DNA of 64,000 nucleotides from Sphyrna mokarran (Eukaryota), in NCBI GenBank assembly GCA_024679065.1, contig JAGIQG010000006.1, positions 47,802,001-47,866,000 of the forward strand. The letters run 5' to 3'. The position numbers and the translations under genes were made by a program. Below, piece by piece: positions 38,089-51,747 of this stretch; the first letter of the stretch is position 1; every line of letters starts with the position of its first letter. The notes beneath the pieces were generated by a model, which was not told the DNA's origin, did not search any database, and was given only the letters and a program-made list of their open reading frames with translations.

Positions 38089-38884
38089 TAGCCTGAATTT
38101 TTCCTTCCAAGGTGGCTGTGATGAGCCAGGAAATGTACACCTGCCTCAGACAGAAGTGCCCCACATGGCAGGATCTTCATTCTGAGGGAGGGAGAAGGTG
38201 GTGTGGGATGCCTCTATACTGTCTTTTAAAGTACGTGCCAGTTTTGGAGCTGGTGTCCCTGCAGCAATTTAACACCAGCAGCAGCATTAATTTCTTTAAA
38301 GGGAGATCTGCCCCTCTCTCAGGTGGTGGTCCTGCCTTCAAAAGCTCTGTATCTCCACAACACCACCAATAGCTACTGCTGAAACTACAAGCAGTCCTCA
38401 GCTGATCAGCCCAGACTGACCAGTTAAGCCCAGGGCAGAAGGTCATGATAAAGTGTGTGGGTGTGGATGAAGGGGGTGAGTTGGAGGATTGAGGAGTTAA
38501 GTTTAAGAGGCCATTGGAGATAGCTAAAGGGGAGAGATTACCTGAGAGTGATGGGCAGGGGTGATAGGTGTGGATGGGGGAGAGATGCTTCCAATCGGTC
38601 ACTGGTCCCCCAGAAGGAGGTTTTCCTCCATCTAGGCCAACATCAGCCTGTGCAGCTGAAGCTGGCAGACAAGTGGGCTGAAACAGGGGTGAGATGAAGA
38701 CCATAAGTGGGCACCAATTGGCCCAAGAATGGTAGACAGCATGTGGTCTCCAGCCATCCGTATTCCATAAAATTTCAGACAGGTTGAGGTGGGTGTATAA
38801 GTAGCTTAATGTGCACTTTATATGCACTCCTTCTCCGCCACTTCCACTTTCTAACCTGCCTGCAGAAAGCATAAAATTCAGCCC
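38089..38884. mobile_element. PIF/Harbinger-like MITE
   Basis: Ends tagcctgaattttt / ataaaattcagccc; internal motifs (taagtgggcaccaatt, cccacatggcagg) resemble those at about 23760-24330 and 60917-61590. Confidence 0.55.
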
Positions 38885-40194
38885 AGTGATTCATTATTAT
38901 CAATCCCTTCTTCCTGTTGTGCAATGCTTAGCTAGGTTCCAATTATTGGCTATCTTGAAGGAGAAGGTACAAGAGGGAGAGGGGGATAAAAATAGAAACA
39001 TAGGATCTAGAAGCAGGAGTGGGCCATTTTACCCTTTGAGCCTGCTCTTCCACAGGCCCATGCTTAGTTTGTAAATCAGAAAATATTGGGGGATAGGGTG
39101 GGGGAGAAAATGGGATCCGAGAAGAGTTAAATAGAAGCATAAAGTCATCTTTGATGTTTTAAGCCTGTTGTTGGTCATGCCACAATTATGGTTGTTCTAA
39201 TGATGACAAGCACCATTTTCTCTGAGGAAATGTAAATGTGTCTGTCTCCCTCTGGTTAGCTAGCTCTAGGTATTGCAGGCTATCTTCAACTGGTATTAAT
39301 CTCTCAAGGTTTTGTGGTCCCTGTTCAGCCATGCAGCAATTCAACTGAAATGACATACTTTCAGAGACCTTTTTAGTCAAACAGAAAAAGCTTTAGTTAC
39401 AAAATATGAATTACAGGACATGAATTTACATGAGCAGAGGCTATTCCCCATGCCAGGCATTGATTGGTTGTGCAGACCATGTGACTGCTACTCTGTTATG
39501 TTGTTCTTAAAGGGACAATCACCACAGTGCATAGTGTTAGCTGGATGCTACAATCAATTTAAATGAACAGGCAGCACAAAGTTACGAGCTGCCTTTATGG
39601 GAAGCAAAGGGCAAGCATATATTATGCATCTTGATAACCTCACACCCAATGCTGCCATAATACTGTCCAAGGCAAGTAAGCACACTTCTGGATCAATCCA
39701 TGTCAGGCACAATATTGGTGAGGTATCTGTTCAGGTGCGGTGAACACCTGTCGAAAATATGTGGAGCAGGCATATCATGCTGTCAATCAGCAGGCAACTG
39801 ATTTGATGCCAGCACTTCCAGATTGGAGCACAATGCTCCACAGCTGAACATGTGTTCAGCAGCAGAAATAAATCCCACCAGCACTATTTAAATGGATCAT
39901 CAACGACTTGAAAATGAGTTGCTGGTTGATTTCTACTGGCTCTAGCTTTATTTCTAAAGGATTTGGTGCTTTCTATAGTTGCAAAGGTCCACAGAGAGTG
40001 GTGTGCTAAGTGCTGAAGGTCGTTTTGCTGCTTTCAGGCTACTGCAAATCTGTTGTTTCTAGACATAGGAACACTAGTAGATAGAGGATGCAATACAACA
40101 TTTGAATATTAGGTATTTGTTCTAATTAATAGAGATTTTTGATAGTTTGGTGCTGGGTGAATTGAGCAGGGTTTGAGGCTTGTGGTGTAATTGG

Positions 40195-40430
40195 TCAAAT
40201 TTACTTGCTGTTCTTAACCACTCATGTGAGGTCACTAAACTTACAGACCAGCTGCCAGTTCCTTTGTATCTAATTCCTGGCTTTGACCTTCACAGGTGTC
40301 TACTCCCACTGCTTTCTGAGTGCGTGCCTGGTAGACCCCCTTTGGATATAGGACACAGTTGACCTCCTCTACTAAGGCCTCGAGTTCAGCATCTGAAAAA
40401 TCTGGGAGTGCATACCCTCCCATGTTGTGC
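40195..40430 (-). pseudogene. Myb/SANT-like DNA-binding domain remnant of a Harbinger element
   Basis: PDFSDAELEALVEEV, then frameshifted QRNWQLVCKFSDL; TIR-like end taaatttagccc at about 40737-40748. Confidence 0.65.
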
Positions 40431-41676
40431 CAATTTTCTGACTTTCTCTAGTCAGAGTCAGTTATAGAACAACATCCAGCATCTGCTCCAGTTACGATGT
40501 GCTGTATTTTAAGAGATAAAGGCCGGCTGTAAGCAGTGTAGGCAAACTTTAATTGGTAATAACCTTTTGGGTCCCCTGCTAAAGTGTTTAGCCACTAAAC
40601 AGCATGGTTAGTGCCTGCTATAGCCTACAATGATGTTAATCAACAGGCAGTATAAAGTTGGCACGCTGCTTGCATCACATTTAATAGGTATGGGCTAATT
40701 ACTCATTGCAATCACTGTGCCCATTTTCAGTCTATTAAATTTAGCCCACCATATGTTTGAAGTATTTTAGCTGAAAGTAGCTTTCAAAACTAAACAATTA
40801 TTAATAATTTAGGATGATATATTTAGACTGATAGGATTTTAAAATGCCACATATTTTCTGTTTTGCAGTTTTCCAAAATAGACATGAGACTTCAAGATAA
40901 AATGGATGTGAAGTTAACTTCCCAACAAAGTAATATGTATATCGTCTCAATGATATGTTTCTGGTGTCTCAAAAATGCAGCAAAAACTGCAATAACACAT
41001 CAAATGTTAAAACATCATTGGCCTTTAAGAAAATTATAAAAATATATGTTTAGAAATATAAAGTGTCTATGTGAATTGTTATTCCCAAAATGATGGGGTT
41101 TTTTTGAGTTAACTGGTTCCTGACATCATATCGAGTGTAAAATTTAATTTTCAAGGACCTAAAGCTTGTAAATATTTTTACAATAGCTGAAGAACTGAAG
41201 TACAACATGAAAAATATCTCTTTAAGTTACAGAGTGTGTACTGAAGAGAAAGAGACATACTGTCCAAAAATGATTAATCGTGGCACCCATTAATTTGAAG
41301 ACATAATGATACATCAATGTCAGCTTTTTTTAAGTTCTAGTTTCTTTGTGACAGATATTAGATGTGCCTGTGGATGTATTATGTCATGCCATTCATGCAT
41401 TCAGCCCTTGCACTGCAAGAAGCCTTGAGAACTTGTTCCTCCCACTAGCCTCTTTTTCTGAAAAAAACATCTTTATAATTTCTCATTTACTTGTTACTTC
41501 CTGAACCAAGACCAGAATGCATTGTGGAAAACTTTAGCCCAGCCTGGGATAAATTCACAGGCTCAGGGCCATCTTCACCCTGTAGCCCTAAGGTCAGATG
41601 TCAGTTCTTGCTCTGAGACATCTGGATGCATTATAGTGAAGAACAAAAGTGGAAAAAGTATCCACCAGTGTGATGA

Positions 41677-42547
41677 GAGACGTAGACGGAAAGAATGTCA
41701 AACTGGTCATCCACTGTCCTTCATTTCAGTCGTTAGGTGGAAAGACGTTGTAATTATTTAGTCTGAGGACAAACATCATTTACCATATCCACAAGCAACA
41801 CCAATAATTCACTGACTAAAGGTCACTCATCTCACATTCCATTTCAAAATTGCAATATGATTTTAATTCAGTTCCTAGGAAATTTTGTAAAATTTATTAC
41901 TAAATTTAAAAAAACATAAACTTAACTATTTACTAAACATCTATTGTGTTCTCACCATGCAAAATAGCATATTTAAAACATAGGGATTCATATGAATTTT
42001 ATTTAATTTTGAATAATTGTAAAATTGTATTCCAATGTTCTATTTTGGCAATGAAATTAAAGGCCACTCCCCATCAATTTTGCCTTTCATTCCTCTCTTC
42101 TATGTGTATGCTGTACTTAGCAAAGTTTCATAATTTTCCTTTTGCATATGCAATGTTGTAATAACCCCAAAATTAGTTTTAACATAATGCAAACTTTATT
42201 TTCATCTGTCTGAGATACTGATATATTTATTACCTTGTAGTTGGTTTATAATATTGCATACTATTGCAATGGGATCAAAGAAAAATCTATGAACTACAGT
42301 ACTTTATTAAAAATACATTTTTGATTTTATTTTTATTAAAACAAAATGTTAAAAAAACAACTTTCCTCAGGTTAGCAAATTTATTCAGCGAGCAGCTGAA
42401 CTCTTTAGTCAGTGAAGTATTGGTGTTGCTTGTGGATATTGTGAATGGTGTTTGTCCTCAGACTAAATAATTACAACGTCTTTCCACCTAACGACTGAAA
42501 TGAAGGACAGTGGATGACCAGTTTGACATTCTGTCTGTCTATGTTTC
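41677..42547. repeat. 145-bp inverted repeat with 581-bp spacer
   Basis: Arms 41677-41821 and 42403-42547; 41692-41775 is the exact reverse complement of 42449-42532 (84 bp). Confidence 0.97.
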
Positions 42548-42799
42548 GGTTTGTGCTGAGTTAACTGATTTTAGCAGTGCTAGCAATAGTTAAGCATTAC
42601 TTATGTAGATAAGGAAAAGCTAAGTCAGTGCTCCCACTCTTCACTATTATTCCGTAACCATGCTGAAATTGTGCATCATAGAATTCTAGTGCAGACAAGA
42701 GCAGGGTCTACTGTTTTCCTGTTGTAGAATGGTCTGTGAAGTATCACAATCTAGAATCACACCTGAATAATGGTACCAGAGGGCAAATAGTAACACACA

Positions 42800-43470
42800 T
42801 GGAGCCTACAACCTGAAACAAGCCATTCTGCCCAAATGGTCTTGGTCAGCATTTATGCATGAACCTTCTTCATCTAACTCCATCACAAAAGCTTAGCTAG
42901 CTTCTTAAATGGAGCTATCTAAACCTTCGAGTAGCACAATCACATTCTTATCATTCCTTGGGTAAAGAAGGTTCTGCTGAATTCCTACTTTATTTATTAA
43001 TGACCATCTTTATTCATGATCTCTAGTTTTGAACTGTTGTATAAGGGCAAACATTTTCTCTACTTCTACTGTATTAAGTCCTTTCATAATCTTAAAAACC
43101 TTCATCAGTTACTCTCTCAGCCTTCTTTTCTTCTTGAGAAAAGAGGCCCAGCAAGTTTATCTTGTCTTGATAAGTATAATCACCTGCTCTGTTTTCATTT
43201 TAATGGCTTTTTTTGCACCTTTTTCAGTACTTCTATATCAATTTTAAAATAAAAGGACCAGAACTTGCATAACATTGCAAGTCTGATCTAATCAAGATTG
43301 AATGTAACTGTAACAGAATTTCACTGCTTTCCAATCCTATTCTTTGAGAAAAAAAAACTCTAGTGTTTTGTTACTTTTTTAACTGGTGTTATTAACCTGC
43401 TATGCTACTTCAGGTGATTTATGTATCTGTACTCCTAGATCTCTTTGCTCTTCTAACTCATTTATAGTCA
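42800..43470 (-). mobile_element. Old CR1 3' remnant
   Basis: EEQRDLGVQIHKSPEVA and downstream CR1 C-terminal-like sequence. Confidence 0.75.
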
Positions 43471-43479
43471 TGTTATTGA

Positions 43480-45440
43480 ACAAACAACAAAATACAAAAC
43501 AGCACGGGAAACAGGCCCTTTGGCCTGTGCTGCCACCTCGATGTTCCCACTTCCACCCGTGATCCCTGTCTATGTTTATAGAAATCTGCATTGGAACCAA
43601 ATTTGCGAGACAATTAAGGGAGAATTTGTTTTGCCAATCAGCCTAAGAGCACACCTTTGGGGTATGGGAGGAAACCCGAGCACCCAGAGAAAACCCACGC
43701 AAGCACGAGGAGAATACAGGCCCAAAACCATGTATCTGTACAGCACAGTCATTGTCACTGAGCTGTCATGTTGCCCATCAACTGGTCCAGTTCAAGCATA
43801 CACTCTCGATGTGAAGCACTAGGATGCTCTCGAAAAATCCAAGAGCAGCCCTCTCACGACCCATCACGTGTATGCCCCTTGTTAGACAACAAGGCGGACC
43901 GAAGTATCTGTAGGATAAAACAGAAACATATCAATATCATTCACAATTTACGCAATTCCCAGGGAACTCCCAAGACTCATGATCCCTATTTTAAATCAGT
44001 CTACTATATCCCTTCATCCCCATTCTGTTCATGTGCCCATCTAAGTATCTCTTAAATAACTCCAGCGTGCCTACCTCCACTACCTTACTTGGCAGTGCAT
44101 TCCATACCCCCACAACCCTCTATGTGAAAAAACTTCCTCTAGCATCCAAATTATACCTTCCCCCTCATATTTGATTCCAACCTAGGAAAAAGCTTACCAC
44201 TGTTTAGTCTATCTATACCCCTCATAATCTTGTACACCTCTATTAGATCTCCTCTCAGTCCACATCTTTCTAAAGAAAACAGCCCCAATTTGCCTAACCT
44301 CTTCTCATAACTCAGACCTTCCATACCAGGTAGCATCCTGGTAAATCTCCTCTGCACTATCTCCAGAGTCTCCACGTCCTTCCAGTAGTAAAGTGACCAG
44401 AACTGGACGCAGTATTCCAAATGAGGTCTAACCAACGTTATATACAGCTGCAACATTAAAGGCCAGCACTTGTACTCTATACCCCTTCCTATAAAGGCTA
44501 GCTTACCATATGCTTTCTTCACAACCTTCTCCACCTGCTCTGCCACCTTCAGAGACTTGTGCACCTGCACCCTCCGGTCCCTCCGTGTTTCTATCTTCTT
44601 AATAGGTCTACCCTTTATCATATACCTCCACCCTACATTATTTCTCCCAAAATGCATCACCTCACATTTATCAGGATTGAATTCCATCTGCCATCTATTT
44701 GCCCAAGCTACCAGCCTATGTCCTGCTGTTTCGCCTGACGATGCTCCTCACTATCTGCAAGTCCAGCCATCTTTGTATCGTCTGCAAACTTGCTGATCAC
44801 ACCACTTACTCCCTCTTCCAAGTCATTTATTTATATTACAAATAGAAGAGGTCCCAGTTCTGAGCCCTGCGGTACACCACTAGTGACCAACCTCCAGCTG
44901 GAAAAACACCCTTCAACTATTATTCTCTGTCTCCTATTATCAAACCAGTTACTTATCCATCTAGATACCTGTCCTTGTATTCCTTTAGCCTTGGCCTTTT
45001 CAACTAACCTCCCATGAGGGACTTTGTCAAACACCTTACTGAAATCCATATAGACGACATCAACAGCTCACCCTTCGTCACCTCCTCAAAAAATTCTACC
45101 AGATTCGTAAGGCACAACCTCCCCTTAACAAAGCCATGCTGCATATCCCTAATCAGATCACAACGCTCTAAGTGCATATACATCCTATCTCTAAGAATCT
45201 CCTCTAACAGCTTCCCTACCACTGACATCAAACTCACCAGCCTATAAGTTCCAGGGTTATCCCTACTATCCTTTTTAAACAACGGTACAACATTACCTAT
45301 TCTCCAATCCTCTGGGACCTCACCTGTGTCCAAAGAAGAGACAAAGATTTGCGTCAGAGGCCCAGCAATTTTGCTTCGCGCCCCCCTAAGCAGCCTGGGA
45401 CAAATGCCATGAGGCCCCGGAGATTTATCAGATTTTTGAA
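43480..45440 (-). mobile_element. CR1 LINE, relatively well preserved ORF2 3' half, with a V-SINE fragment at about 43600-43720
   Basis: KSPGPHGICPRLL, PEDWRIGNVVPLFKK, MDFSKVFDKVPHGRL, SGVPQGSELGPLLF, MEFNPDKCEVMHFG, LVRPHLEYCVQFWS. Confidence 0.95.
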
Positions 45441-46252
45441 TCAGTATGTGGTTTCCTATACTTGTGATCAAGGCACAGAACTCACTTTTAGCTACACTGA
45501 AATTTATTTGCCAATTATGCATTTATCTGGAACTATACCACAACAGAAAAGCACTGCTGCCAGGAGAGGAGTGAAATTGGCAGAGAAGAAAATGGGTAAG
45601 AGAAAGAAAAAACATACAACTTTTCCAAAACCATGCCAGAACTTTTCTACAAAATATACCATCTAAAACTGTGACAAATATTGGGTCTTCTCCAAATAAA
45701 TTATTTTCAGAATGTACATTTTTTGCTTGAGAGAAGATATGACATTATTGTTCTCAATGATGTTATCCTGTCATGTTTTTTGACTTTTTTACTGTAATTC
45801 ATCTAATAATGCTTTATCATCTATGGCAGAAGTCCAACTATTTCCCTGTTTACATTACACTGCCAATTAATCAAAATAATCTCAATTATAATCAAGAATA
45901 ATTAACACTTCTTTCCAAAAAGGATCAAAAACAAATAGTAAAGAACATTAAAACCATGTTCACATACCAAATCTGTTTCAGCTAATATAAACTTATTTTG
46001 GCATTAAAGATTATCCTGTGAAAAGAAGCCACAAAAATGTATTTGCCCATGTCCAATGTTCTGGTGATTAAAGCACCAAAATACTTCGGATTAAAACTTA
46101 GGTTAGTTAATAGCTTGAAAATCTAGGGGAAAAAATCACTTCCACATTGTTTAATTGAGCAAGAGGTACAGCATGCTTAGGTTGTCTGAAGTCTGCAGTA
46201 AAAAAAAAGCATTGTATTTGATCCCATCTGGCAGTGAAAAGAAAGTACTTAC

Positions 46253-46372
46253 TAACTCCACAAACACCAAGCCACCGTAACTGTGGGCAACAAATACTAC
46301 ATTCTTGGCAGATGATTTAGAAATGAAGTGATCCCAGACATAGACTGTATGCTCCTCTGGAGTGCTGTTATC
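46253..46372 (-). CDS. FAM172A: Internal coding exon of FAM172A/ARB2A (Arb2-domain alpha/beta-hydrolase-fold protein)
   Basis: Translates [40 protein letters not shown], colinear with the human FAM172A segment as I recall it ([40 protein letters not shown]). It is 120 nt, phase 0/0, with acceptor ttgtctttgttttctccattcctttggcag and donor GTAAGT. It contains the AHSYGG nucleophile-elbow motif. Neighbouring exons were not found in the window. Confidence 0.93.
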
Positions 46373-47349
46373 CTGCCAAAGGAATGGAGAAAACAAAGAC
46401 AATTAAAAAATGTAAATCCAAGTTAGAGAATTATGCTGCTTATTGGTGAGAGTGTTTGGAGGAATCTGGAGTATGCTTCTTGAAAAAATGTATTCTTTGG
46501 CTGTAATATAAAGTACATGAGATAGAGTGGTTTAAAAACTAAAGGCATCTTGAAGTAGCTACCAATAATAAATGTTTATAGACTTATAAAACCTTCCAGC
46601 ACTGAAGGAGGTCATTCATTCCACCTTGGCTCTGTCAGTTCTCTTCAAGTACAGTATATTCGGTTCCATTCTCTTGCCTCTGTATCATATCCTTTAAAAA
46701 ATATATATTTATTCATTTCCTTTAAAAACATATTAGTGGATTATGTTTCCACCATTAACAATTATCTGCTTAAAAATACTTTCCAAACTTCTCCTTTTAT
46801 TCTCTTGGTGATAAACCATCCCCACTGTTTACAGATTAACTAAGAGATGGGGCTGAATAGCACAATCCAGCACAGAGGGCAGGAACCTCACCCAGGAGTG
46901 AATGGCCTTCTGACTTTCAGGCCCACCATCCTAGCATGCAAATTGACCACTTGGGAGCACGGGGCGTGTTCAGGGCCATAGAAAGTGAGGATTGCCTGGT
47001 CAGAGAGAATGGAATGTCCAACATCAAAGGTTGTTGACCATGATCCAATATGAGATCACGAACAGTCATTTAAAGGGTCACCTGCACAGGGGAGAGTCAG
47101 GTGACCCAGTAAATGTGTTCCAAGAGCATACGCTTCTTCATTTTTGACCTGGAGATACTTGAAGGCCTTTTAGTTAATTGCGCATCTCTTTAAACTTTGT
47201 CTGAAATGTCCATTATATGTCACTAGTCAAAGCTGGCATTCAACTTGATCATTTCATGTTTTCATGATCATAGCATAGAAGAGTTAACCATTTACTGTGC
47301 ATTTCCCTTCAATGATGTCAAAGTAAAAGAATTGATGGGAGAACTGTCA

Positions 47350-47570
47350 AAGTGAGTCTAAATTGGACAAGAACTCTATGCATGGCCTCCTCTGGGCTGT
47401 GGCTAGCTACACTTGCTATTAATGCCAGCAAACAAGAAAAGGAGACCTTTGACTGAGACTTGCAGTCTGAAAGGAGATTGCTACTGAGGTCAGCAGCACT
47501 GGGCTGGGGAGGTGCACATAGATATAATGTCAGAAGAGGTTCAATGACCTGCTGAGGTTAGCCAGAGTTA
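47350..47570 (+). pseudogene. Harbinger Myb/SANT-like protein, N-terminal exon remnant
   Basis: LLMPANKKRRPLTETCS/*KEIATEVSSTGLGRCT*I*CQKRFNDLLRLARV fits the W.EVA..V...RTW.QCRKRFNDL pattern; stops fall at Trp/Gln codons. Confidence 0.75.
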
Positions 47571-48249
47571 ATAAGTATCTCAGCATGTGTACTCATGTAC
47601 CAGAAGCCTCCAGGGTAGACATGTGTATTTGTCTCGCGGTCCAAGGCAGCATGATGTAGCAAAAGCACCGGTGTCCGTTCTAATGCCTGTGCCAACTTAA
47701 TTCTGGAAGACCAAAGGGCTTGTTTCCTGTGCTGTACTGTTCTTTGGTCTAGGTGGAAGGATGTAGGGCTGGGAGCCTGTGCAGACAAGCAAGGTGGACC
47801 TTGGCTGCAGAGTATTTTGTTGATCATGCATAGGCAGGATGACATGAAATAACCTAACAGTATTAGTAATTGCAATGTTTCACCAATTTTCCATGTCCAT
47901 AATGTCTGGAAAAGAAGCCAAACTGGAGGACTGTTCCAGACCTGATGATTCTAACTCCATTCAAAGAGGTGTTTCTCATGCTCTTCACGTCTGAGACCTT
48001 CAGGTCAATTGGCAGAGGCGAGTTTGGAGGAAAGCACATGTCCGTTGAGAATGCAAAAGACTGAAACTGGGAGAAACAGCGGTAAGGAAAGTGGGAGGTG
48101 GACTGATGTCTGACATAATTGACTGAAATACTTAAGTCTCAGCCCATAGCTAAAACTTAGAGAAATTTCATAGCTGAAAGCCACTGGAGCAACCAAAAAA
48201 TAATCAAAGACTCTGGAGAAAACAACATCAGAAAGAAACTTGCCACATG

Positions 48250-49363
48250 CTCTGCTTAAAAAGGTTTCTAACAATCTCATGGGATCCAGTTGAAGTAGTA
48301 ATCGATACAAAATTGGTTTGATGACAGAAGCCAGAGAGTGACTGTAGAGAGTTGATTTTCAAATTGGAGACTTGTGACCAGTGTGTGCCTCAAGGATCAG
48401 TGTTGGGTCCACTCTCATTATTTCTTATTTATATTAATAATTTGGATGAGAATATAGGAGGCATGGTTAGTAAGTTTGCAGATGAACCAAGATTGGTGGC
48501 ATAGCGGACAGTGAAGAAAGTTATTTGGGTTTGCAGTGGGATTTTAATCAATTGGGCCAGTGGGATGATGAATGGCAGATGGAGTTTAATTTAGATAAAT
48601 GCAAGGTGATGCATTTTGGTTGATTGAAACAGGGCAGGACTACTCAGTTAATTGTAGGGTGCAAAGAGTTACGAACAAAGAGATCTAGGGATACAGGTTC
48701 TTAGCTCCTTAAAAGTGGAGTCACAGGCAACAGAGTAGTGAAGATAGCATTTGGCATGCTTGGTTTCATTGGTCAAAACATTGAATACAGGAGTTGGGAT
48801 GTCTTGTTGAAGTTGTACAAGATATTGGTAAGGTCACACTTGGAATACTATATACAGTTCTGTCCACTCTATTATAGAAAGGATATTATTAAACTAGAAA
48901 GAGTGCAGGAGAGATTTACTAGAATGCTATTGGGACTTGATGGTTTGAGTTATAAGGAAAGGCTGGAGCGTAGAAGGCTGAGGGTGACCTTACAGAGGTT
49001 TATAAAATAATGACGGGCATAGATCAACTAGATAGTCAACGTATTTTCCCAAAGGTAGGGGAATCTAAAACTAGAGGGCATGAGTTTAAGATGAGAAGGG
49101 AGAGATACAAAAGGGTAAAGAGGGGCAACTTTTTCACATACAGGGTGATGAGTATTTGGGACAAGCTGCCAGTGGTAGCAATAGAGGCAGGTATAATTCT
49201 GTCTTTTAAAAAGCATTTCGACAGTTACATGGATAAGGTGGGTACAAAGGGATATGAACCAAATGCAGGCAATTGGGACTAGATTAGGGGTTTAAAAAAA
49301 AAATTACAGCATATACGTTGGGCCGAAGGGCCTGTTTCCATGCTGTAAATCTCTATGACTCTA
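48250..49363 (+). mobile_element. CR1 LINE 3' portion inserted in the Harbinger element
   Basis: PQGSVLGP, KFAD, LVRSHLEYYIQF, FFTYRVMSIWDKLP, tail gggccgaagggcctgtttccatgctgta..(ctctatga)2. Confidence 0.93.
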
Positions 49364-50569
49364 TGACCAGGAGCACCATGAGCATCAAATACCCTGTAAC
49401 AACAAATGTAGAGCTGAGGACATTGTAAAACACAAAGGAAGGCAACCTGAACTCGGGGTTGCCTTGTTTTGAGGAGAAAAAAAGCCAAATAGTGCTGAAA
49501 ATTTGTGGCACATTTTGCTCACATATGCCTTTTTACGGCAGGAGTTTTTGGCACTGCGGGATTGTTCAATGAGTTCGATGGAGCTCATATGCACAGATTC
49601 GACAATTTTATCCAAACAAACAAGATAGTGATAGATATAGTAGTCCCAATTTTCTTGAGCATAGTGGAGGATTGCCGGATGGGAGAGGTGGTGGTGCCGA
49701 GGAAAGAAAGAGAAAGCATTTAACATCCTAAGAAATCTGGTACAGCCAGAAAAGCCAAGCACAAAAAGCTACAATGAAAGGGTGGAATAAGTTGAGAACA
49801 CTAAACACCAAGTAAACCTCAAAACATTATTGACTCCGGTTAGGACAACTACAATGTCCCAATCAAGCAAGACACCACTAGTCAGAGTAAACACTGAAAA
49901 CCAGGTAGCTCGGGTTCACAAACAATCACTCATGAGAGCAATGGTCTCCAGAATGTCTAACCTGTTGAATTTTGTTTATGAATTGTTCATATTGCTGATT
50001 TTGATTGTTCATGTTATGTTGTTATTGATGCCAGGAACCTTTGATTTAAAGGGGAGGAAAAGTGTATTCATGTTATTTCTAGTGTTACCTCACTAGCAAC
50101 TTTACAGTGGAACTGGAAACTTTAAGAGATCAATCACATGACATCACTGATAAAATCATTGGCCATTTGCAGGCAAATGGGCAGTCTATTTCAGCAGCAT
50201 GTGGTGTTAACATCCTTTCAATAAAATTGTTTGTTTAAACCTTCAAGGCCTGTTGCCTGTTTTTATAACCATCACGCATAGTGAATTATTTATGTTTATT
50301 AATATTATGTCTCATAATTACCATGTACATACACATAATCTTATTGTTCCTCTTGCAAAGGTTATTTTAATATATTATTGCTGTTAAACCTCATCAGGCA
50401 GCTGGTCATTAGTTTTAATTTTTTGAGACTGGGTAGGATGTACTGAGTGTCAATAGCTGGACAGGGTAAGTATTTTGATAGAACAATGACATGAGTCTAA
50501 CATTTCACATGGATAAAGGTCTGGACCCCCATGCTGTGAACACAACTCTGAGGCCAAGACCCCAAAAAC

Positions 50570-51747
50570 CATTGAAACTTCTTCTTTATCAAGCTATCCC
50601 TGGTGTCACAATCAGGGCTTCTTATTTGAATGTTGCAGTGTTCCCTCACCTCTTCTTGCCCTCGTCCTCAAACAAATGCTCCTTTCTGGCATCTTTTCCT
50701 CCTCAAGGGCATCCCCTCTCTGAATCATGAGGTTATGGACACCACATGGCCATGAGGGACATACATAATGGAGTGAGATAAAATGCTTCTCCTGATCTGT
50801 CTGGGCATCTGAAACCTCATTTTCAACAGCCTGATGGTCTGTTTGATGACGGCTCTGGTGCTTCTGTGGCTGTGATTCTCAACCCTCTCTTTATCTGTTC
50901 CGGCACCCTCATTGGCATCGAGTGATCGCTTCATGGATAATCCTCATCACCTAGAAGCCATACATCCAGGGCATCAGGGTCATTGAATATGTCTGGCACC
51001 TCTGAGTTACACAGAATGAAAGAGCCATGGCTGCTGCCCGGGTATGTAATGCAGGTCTGCTTCATCCATTGATTATGGTCACAGACCAGCTGGATATTCA
51101 ATGAGTGGAAGCCCATCACCACAACCATGATAAAGATGTAGGCTCTCCAGCAGGTGTCCTTACGGCATGTGTGTAATGAATGGCTTTCAGTACCTTGGGG
51201 AAACTTGCAATCACTGCAAACCCTCTGGCTCTTTCCAGTTGACACTGGCCATCCATTGTAAATAAATGTAATTTCCTGCCCTTCTGAACATAACATCTGA
51301 GAAGACCTTGATCAAGTGGTGTGTAGCAGGTTGCGTTATGCCACTCAGGTCTCCAAGTTGCCTGAAAAGTCCGTCACAAAGAGGTTGGACACAACAATGA
51401 CCTTAACAAATACAGGTACTGGGTGACTTCCAAGGCAGCTGCACAAAAACTCACCTGCCAGCATGTTACAAAGTAATATGATTGTGGTTCTTGAAAACCT
51501 GAGGCTCCTCTTGTGTTTTGAGCATCTGAAGATAGTTCAATCTCTGCCTTTATACTCACTCAGCTGCAGATGTCCCTTTATACCTTCATAGGGGATTCAT
51601 GATGGCAAACCCTTTGGGTTTGGCACAGCTTTGCCTCCCTTACACACCACCAAGTGCATCCTGGACCTCCAGACATGCCCTCTCACCCTTCTCCTCCTCA
51701 TCTTCCTTACATGGGGTTATGACTCCTAAGGAGACCACAATCCCCAT
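50570..51747 (-). pseudogene. Harbinger/HARBI1-like DDE transposase remnant
   Basis: GFHSLNIQLVCDH, YPGSSHGSFIL, WLLGDEDYP (GDxGYP), NHSHRSTRAVIKQTIRLLKMRF, C-terminal RDSLIKKKF; candidate ATG at 51747. Confidence 0.88.

Noticed and set aside
38177-38872. Longest ORF in the track (231 aa)
   Set aside because: Lies wholly within a MITE-like element, has no recognisable domain and no splice or codon support
50570-51747. Domesticated HARBI1 host gene
   Set aside because: Multiple frameshifts and stops, altered catalytic-region residues and a linked Myb remnant indicate a dead transposon
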